Assembly (NCBI GenBank): GCA_002840165.1
Contig: PGZN01000005.1
Span: 7,478 to 71,477, forward strand
Reading direction: 5' to 3'
Length of the DNA stretch: 64,000 bases
Source of the DNA: Firmicutes bacterium HGW-Firmicutes-8
GTDB taxonomy: Bacteria; Bacillota; Thermincolia; Thermincolales; UBA2595
Below the pieces are notes generated by a model, which did no database searches, had not been told where the DNA came from, and saw only the letters and a program-made list of their open reading frames with translations. The position numbers were made by a program, and so were the translations under genes. This document shows, in pieces, positions 63,270 to 64,000 of this stretch. Numbering within the stretch: the stretch's first letter is position 1; each line of letters starts with the position of its first letter.

Positions 63270-64000
63270 ATGGTCTTTTCATCTTCTTTTGAAGATATTA
63301 AAACTTCTGATATTGAATTTCTTCAGACCAGGGGTGTAAAAGAATTCTCTCAATTAGATTTTAAGCGCGAGCTTCTACCATTAAATCAAGATGGTAAATT
63401 TGAGTTACTGAAAGATATATCAGCAATGGCTAATGCTGATGGTGGGTTTATTATATATGGTGTTGAACAAGATTCCGATGGGGCTCCAGCTAATTTACCA
63501 GGGCTTGAAATCCAAGATACAGACCACTTACAGAACCAAATTGATCAGATTATAAGTAGTGGGATTGAAGAGGCCATTTATGGAGTAAGACATCGAAGCA
63601 TTGCTCGTAATGACGGGAGATATTACTACATAATAAAGATTCCTTCAAGCTATCTTGCACCTCATATGATAAACATTCAAACGACAAAACCACGTTTTTA
63701 TCAAAGAATGAATACGGTTAATGTTCCTTTAAATGTACGCCAGATAAAGGAGGCCGTCTTAAAAATGCAGGGAGCTGAACAAAAAGCAATAGAATATATT
63801 CAAGGACGAAAAATAAAGTTGTCGCAAAGATTAAAAAAGTCCTTTTATACATTACATATATTTCCCTTATATGGACGTATCGGATCTTTAGATTTAACTT
63901 CTGGCAATGTAACGGAAAAGCTCGTTTCATTAGGAGATGGTAATCCAAGGTATACAATTGATGGATTCAGTATTATTTGGCATTCAGGAGATTCAAATAA
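63270..64000 (+). CDS. AlbA_2/Schlafen-like putative DNA-binding domain protein (5' part; runs off the right edge)
   Basis: RBS AAAGGAG before ATG 63270, with the frame open to the window end. ..EFSQLDFKRELLPLNQDGKFELLKDISAMANADGGFIIYGVEQDSDG.. matches the AlbA_2 pattern (E.K......i.k.i.AfaN..GG.l.iGV). Confidence 0.6.
   Translation, partial: MVFSSSFEDIKTSDIEFLQTRGVKEFSQLDFKRELLPLNQDGKFELLKDISAMANADGGFIIYGVEQDSDGAPANLPGLEIQDTDHLQNQIDQIISSGIEEAIYGVRHRSIARNDGRYYYIIKIPSSYLAPHMINIQTTKPRFYQRMNTVNVPLNVRQIKEAVLKMQGAEQKAIEYIQGRKIKLSQRLKKSFYTLHIFPLYGRIGSLDLTSGNVTEKLVSLGDGNPRYTIDGFSIIWHSGDSN

Overview
This 64-kb chromosomal window comes from an anaerobic, endospore-forming Firmicute. I infer class Clostridia, Peptococcaceae/Desulfotomaculum-like, from gene content only: alpha/beta SASPs, GPR, YlbJ, an [FeFe]-hydrogenase, CobT behind a cobalamin riboswitch, and a UGA/selenocysteine candidate. 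The backbone is housekeeping with Bacillus-type synteny. It includes rpmB-asp23-yloV-degV-recG, nadE, rsmD-coaD-ylbJ, and ylbM(tmcAL)-ylbN-rpmF-fapR-plsX-fabH-fabK-fabD-fabG-acpP-(NPD)-fabF-rnc. There is also a split pstB-phoU / pstSCA locus with PhoP-box-like promoters, and an envelope block (L,D-transpeptidase, CorA, aminotransferase, SRPBCC, glycosyltransferase) bracketed by two paralogous large membrane proteins. There are three accessory regions. (i) An AT-rich islet at about 24.3-26.4 kb carries a HigB/Gp49-like toxin, an extended HTH protein and an unknown 230-aa protein. (ii) An AT-rich NotI-like endonuclease plus C5-methyltransferase islet lies at about 39.5-41.9 kb. (iii) A mosaic at 57.9-64 kb holds a PIN TA pair, a frameshifted GNAT TA pair, a partial AlbA_2/Schlafen-like gene and several duplicated non-coding elements. 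Two signals stand out. The first is a pervasive family of tandem heptanucleotide arrays, often in inverted pairs that bracket terminator hairpins, small cassettes and the RM islet. The second is a DUF2892/YgaP-like membrane protein whose conserved Cys codon is an in-frame TGA followed by a SECIS-like hairpin. No rRNA, CRISPR array, integrase or transposase gene was seen. Start codons are my best reading of RBS context and may be off by a few codons. All homology statements are motif recognition by eye, not searches.
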